DNA from: Terriglobia bacterium
GTDB taxonomy: Bacteria; Acidobacteriota; Vicinamibacteria; Vicinamibacterales; CAVVIG01
DNA length: 64,000 nucleotides
Assembly: GCA_020073005.1 (NCBI GenBank)
Contig: JAIQFX010000037.1
Location: 18 to 64,017, forward strand
Direction of reading: 5' to 3'
Both the position numbers and the translations under genes were made by a program. Of this stretch, positions 61,397 to 64,000 are shown piece by piece. Position 1 is the stretch's first letter, and each line of letters opens with the position of its first letter. Under the pieces are notes generated by a model that did not search any database, had not been told where the DNA came from, and saw only the letters and a list, made by a program, of their open reading frames with translations.

Positions 61397-64000
61397 GTGA
61401 GCCGCCGTCACACTCGTAGCGCGAGGCTTCAGCCGAGCGTCGCCTGGGCCGCCGGGATCATCCTGGCGGCCGCCGTCTCCACGCTCCTCGCTTCCCCGCC
61501 GACACTCCCTGTGGATAAAGGTGCGTCCGGCCTCTGGCAGCAGCTCCTGAAACTGCAGACGACCGCGAGCGCGCTGCACACGACGGCGCATCCAGACGAT
61601 GAGCACGGCGGCGTGCTCACGATGCTCAGCCGCCGCGACGGCGCGCGCGTGTCGCTGCTGACGCTGACGCGCGGCGAAGCCGGCGACAACGCAATCGGTC
61701 CGCAGTTGTTCGACGGCCTTGGTGTGATCCGCACGGAGGAACTGCTCGACGCCGACGCGTACTACGGCGTCGGCACGCAGTACTTCACGACGGTCGCCGA
61801 CTACGGCTTCTCGAAGCGCCTGGACGAAGCGCTCGACACATGGGGCGAGCAGAATGTTCTGCGTGACGTCGTGCGCGTGATTCGGATGGACCGGCCGTTC
61901 GTCCTCATCTCGCGCTTTCAAGGCAACGCGCGCGACGGCCACGGCAATCACTCGACCGCCGGTCTCATCACGCAGGAAGCGTTCAAGGCCGCGGGCGATC
62001 CGAAGATGTTTCCGGAACAGATCGCCGACGGTCTGCGGCCGTGGCAGCCGTTCAAGGTGTACATCGGCGGCGTGCGTGAACACGAGAACTGGACGCTGCG
62101 TGTCGATCCCGGCGAATACAGTCCATGGCTCGGCGATTCGTACGCGAACTTCGCGCGGCTCGGCCTGAGCTTCCAGCGATCGCAGAACAGCGGTCGCTAC
62201 GCGCCGCAGCTCGGACCATCGCCCGCGTACTACACGCGCGTCGCGACGACGCTGTCGGCTGCGCCGGAGAAGGAGTCGAGCTTCTTCGACGGCATCGACA
62301 CGACGATCCCCGCACTGTTCAGGACGCTCGGCGAGACGCCGCTGCCTGGCGGCGACACGGCACTGCAGCAGATCGATCGCGCGGTCAGAGACGCCGTCGC
62401 GGCGTTCAACGTGAGCAACCCATCGCTGTGCGTCCCCGCGCTCGCCGCCGGATTGAAAGCGACACGCCTCGCGATCAATGCGGCCACGACCTCGCCCGAT
62501 GCGATGTTCGCGCTCGAGGTGAAGGAACAGCAGTTCCAGGACGCGATCAACATCGCGCTCGGCGTCGAGCTGATCGCGACGGCGTCGGTGCGCACGGCGC
62601 CGGCGCCGGGTCAGTCGTTCGAGGTCGTGACCGAGCTCGCGAATCGCAGCCCGATCGCGCTCGGCGGCGCATGGACGTCGACGCTCAACGCGCCGAGAGG
62701 CTGGCGCGTGCAGCTCGCCCCGATGCGCGCCGGTCCGCTTGCGCCTGGTGCCGTGCTCTCGCAGCGCTTTGCCGTGACACTCGGCGATGACGTGGCGATC
62801 AGCACGCGGCCGTACTTCGGGCGCGCGTCGATCGCCGAGAGCCGCTACTCGCTCGCCGACGAGCTGCAGTTCGGCCGGCCAGGTTCCGCGCCGCCGGCGG
62901 TCGCGTCGGCCAGCTACCGCATCGGCGCCGGACCCGATGGCGTGGAGGTCCACGCGCGCGCCATCGTCCGCCGGCGCGAGCCGAAGCCGCCGTACGGCGA
63001 CGCGCTGCGCGAGCTAGGCGTCGTGCCGGCGCTCGCGCTGACGCTGGATCCCGGCGTCGCGGTCGTGCCGCTGTCGGCCGCGAGGAAACAGATCGCGGTC
63101 AGCGTCGACCTGCTCAACAACAGGGACGGCGCGACGGCCGGCCGCCTCGCGCTGCGGATGCCGGCGGGCTGGACGTCCGCGCCCGCGGCGCATGACTTCA
63201 CGTTCGTCCGCGCGGGCGAACGCCGCGCGTACCGCTTCACCGTTTCGATTCCATCGATCGAGGACGAGCCGTACGCACTCGAGGCCGTCGCGACATCTGG
63301 CGGACGCGAGTATCGCGAAGGGTATGACCTGATCGACGAACGCGATCTCGAGTTGCGGTACTTGTATCGACCGGCGAAGACGATGGTCCGCGGCGTCGCG
63401 GTCAGCGTGCCGGCGAAGCTGCAGGTCGGCTACGTCATGGGCATCGGCGATCAGGTGCCGGCCGGCATCGCGCAGCTCGGCCACGCCGTGACGCTGCTCG
63501 ACGAGCGCGAGCTGGCGTCAGGGAATCTGCAGCGGTTCGACGCGATCGTCACCGGCACGCGCGCGTACGCGGTGCGCGATGATCTCGTCACGTACAACCA
63601 GCGTCTGCTGGACTACGCGAAGGCCGGCGGCAATCTCATCGTGCTGTACAACACGGCCGAGCTCGTGCCGTCGAAGTTCGCGCCATACGCGGGCGAGCTG
63701 ACGCCGCAGGCGGAAGAAGTGTCCGAAGAAGATTCGCCGGTCAACATCCTCGCGCCGGCGGATCAGGCGTTCACGTGGCCCAACACGATCACGAAGTCAG
63801 ACTTCGATGGATGGATCGAGCAGCGCGGCTCGAAGTTCTGGTCGACGTGGGCGCCGGAGTACACGCCGATGATCGAGACGTGGGACAAAGGGCAGGCGCC
63901 GCAGAAAGGCGGCTGGCTGTCCGCGCGCTACGGCAAGGGGCGCTACACGTACTTCGCGTACGCGTTCCACCGGCAACTGCCGTACGGCGTCCCCGGCGCG
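61397..64000 (+). CDS. PIG-L/LmbE-family deacetylase with a large C-terminal extension (partial, runs off the window end)
   Basis: GTG at 61397, with an open frame to 64000 (868 codons, so it is absent from the ORF track). SALHTTAHPDDEHGGVLTMLSRRDGARVSLLTLTRGEAGDN ... YGFSKRLDEAL ... GNARDGHGNHSTAG carries the PIG-L AHPDDE and HxxH motifs. Confidence 0.8.
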   Translation, partial: MSRRHTRSARLQPSVAWAAGIILAAAVSTLLASPPTLPVDKGASGLWQQLLKLQTTASALHTTAHPDDEHGGVLTMLSRRDGARVSLLTLTRGEAGDNAIGPQLFDGLGVIRTEELLDADAYYGVGTQYFTTVADYGFSKRLDEALDTWGEQNVLRDVVRVIRMDRPFVLISRFQGNARDGHGNHSTAGLITQEAFKAAGDPKMFPEQIADGLRPWQPFKVYIGGVREHENWTLRVDPGEYSPWLGDSYANFARLGLSFQRSQNSGRYAPQLGPSPAYYTRVATTLSAAPEKESSFFDGIDTTIPALFRTLGETPLPGGDTALQQIDRAVRDAVAAFNVSNPSLCVPALAAGLKATRLAINAATTSPDAMFALEVKEQQFQDAINIALGVELIATASVRTAPAPGQSFEVVTELANRSPIALGGAWTSTLNAPRGWRVQLAPMRAGPLAPGAVLSQRFAVTLGDDVAISTRPYFGRASIAESRYSLADELQFGRPGSAPPAVASASYRIGAGPDGVEVHARAIVRRREPKPPYGDALRELGVVPALALTLDPGVAVVPLSAARKQIAVSVDLLNNRDGATAGRLALRMPAGWTSAPAAHDFTFVRAGERRAYRFTVSIPSIEDEPYALEAVATSGGREYREGYDLIDERDLELRYLYRPAKTMVRGVAVSVPAKLQVGYVMGIGDQVPAGIAQLGHAVTLLDERELASGNLQRFDAIVTGTRAYAVRDDLVTYNQRLLDYAKAGGNLIVLYNTAELVPSKFAPYAGELTPQAEEVSEEDSPVNILAPADQAFTWPNTITKSDFDGWIEQRGSKFWSTWAPEYTPMIETWDKGQAPQKGGWLSARYGKGRYTYFAYAFHRQLPYGVPGA

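Overview
This is a very GC-rich bacterial chromosomal window. Many long antisense ORFs in the track are GC artefacts, and real genes were chosen by recognisable protein motifs plus third-codon-position G/C bias read by eye. No searches were run, so every family assignment rests on motif recall.

Layout:
- 1-6566: a sugar / sugar-acid uptake and oxidation operon (ABC permease, ABC ATPase, SMP-30 lactonase, enolase-superfamily dehydratase, SDR) with a divergent aldose 1-epimerase.
- 6566-13700: a TPR protein, a heavily deleted DPP-IV/S9 peptidase remnant, a secreted MBL-fold hydrolase and a large BNR/sortilin-like beta-propeller protein.
- 13750-20335: a pterin-like or head-group-like biosynthetic cluster (RibD-C-like reductase, glycosyltransferase plus methyltransferase, PTPS/QueD-like enzyme, Zn-dehydrogenase, CDP-alcohol phosphatidyltransferase fused to a sulfatase-like domain).
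- 20618-51805, the main item: a sigma-54 enhancer-binding protein, a near-consensus sigma-54 promoter and a roughly 29.6 kb run of 21 co-directional genes. These encode an extracellular-contractile-injection-system-like (Afp/PVC-like, eCIS) particle with two sheath/tube pairs and several unassignable proteins. Among them are a hydrophobic-hairpin protein in the slot where PAAR normally sits, a paralogous 449/1153-aa pair, and two putative cargo proteins, one a DUF4157 protein.
- 51840-64000: a PEGA protein, a coiled-coil PilZ protein, small secreted proteins, an NHL propeller, a 1349-aa polytopic P-loop membrane protein, a DUF4097 protein and a partial PIG-L deacetylase.

Small repeat families are scattered through the window. 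These are a 26-nt REP-like palindrome that also sits in-frame inside coding regions, heptamer tandem arrays (one of which breaks the glycosyltransferase frame), and AT-rich palindromes. I found no rRNA, tRNA, CRISPR array, integrase or transposase.
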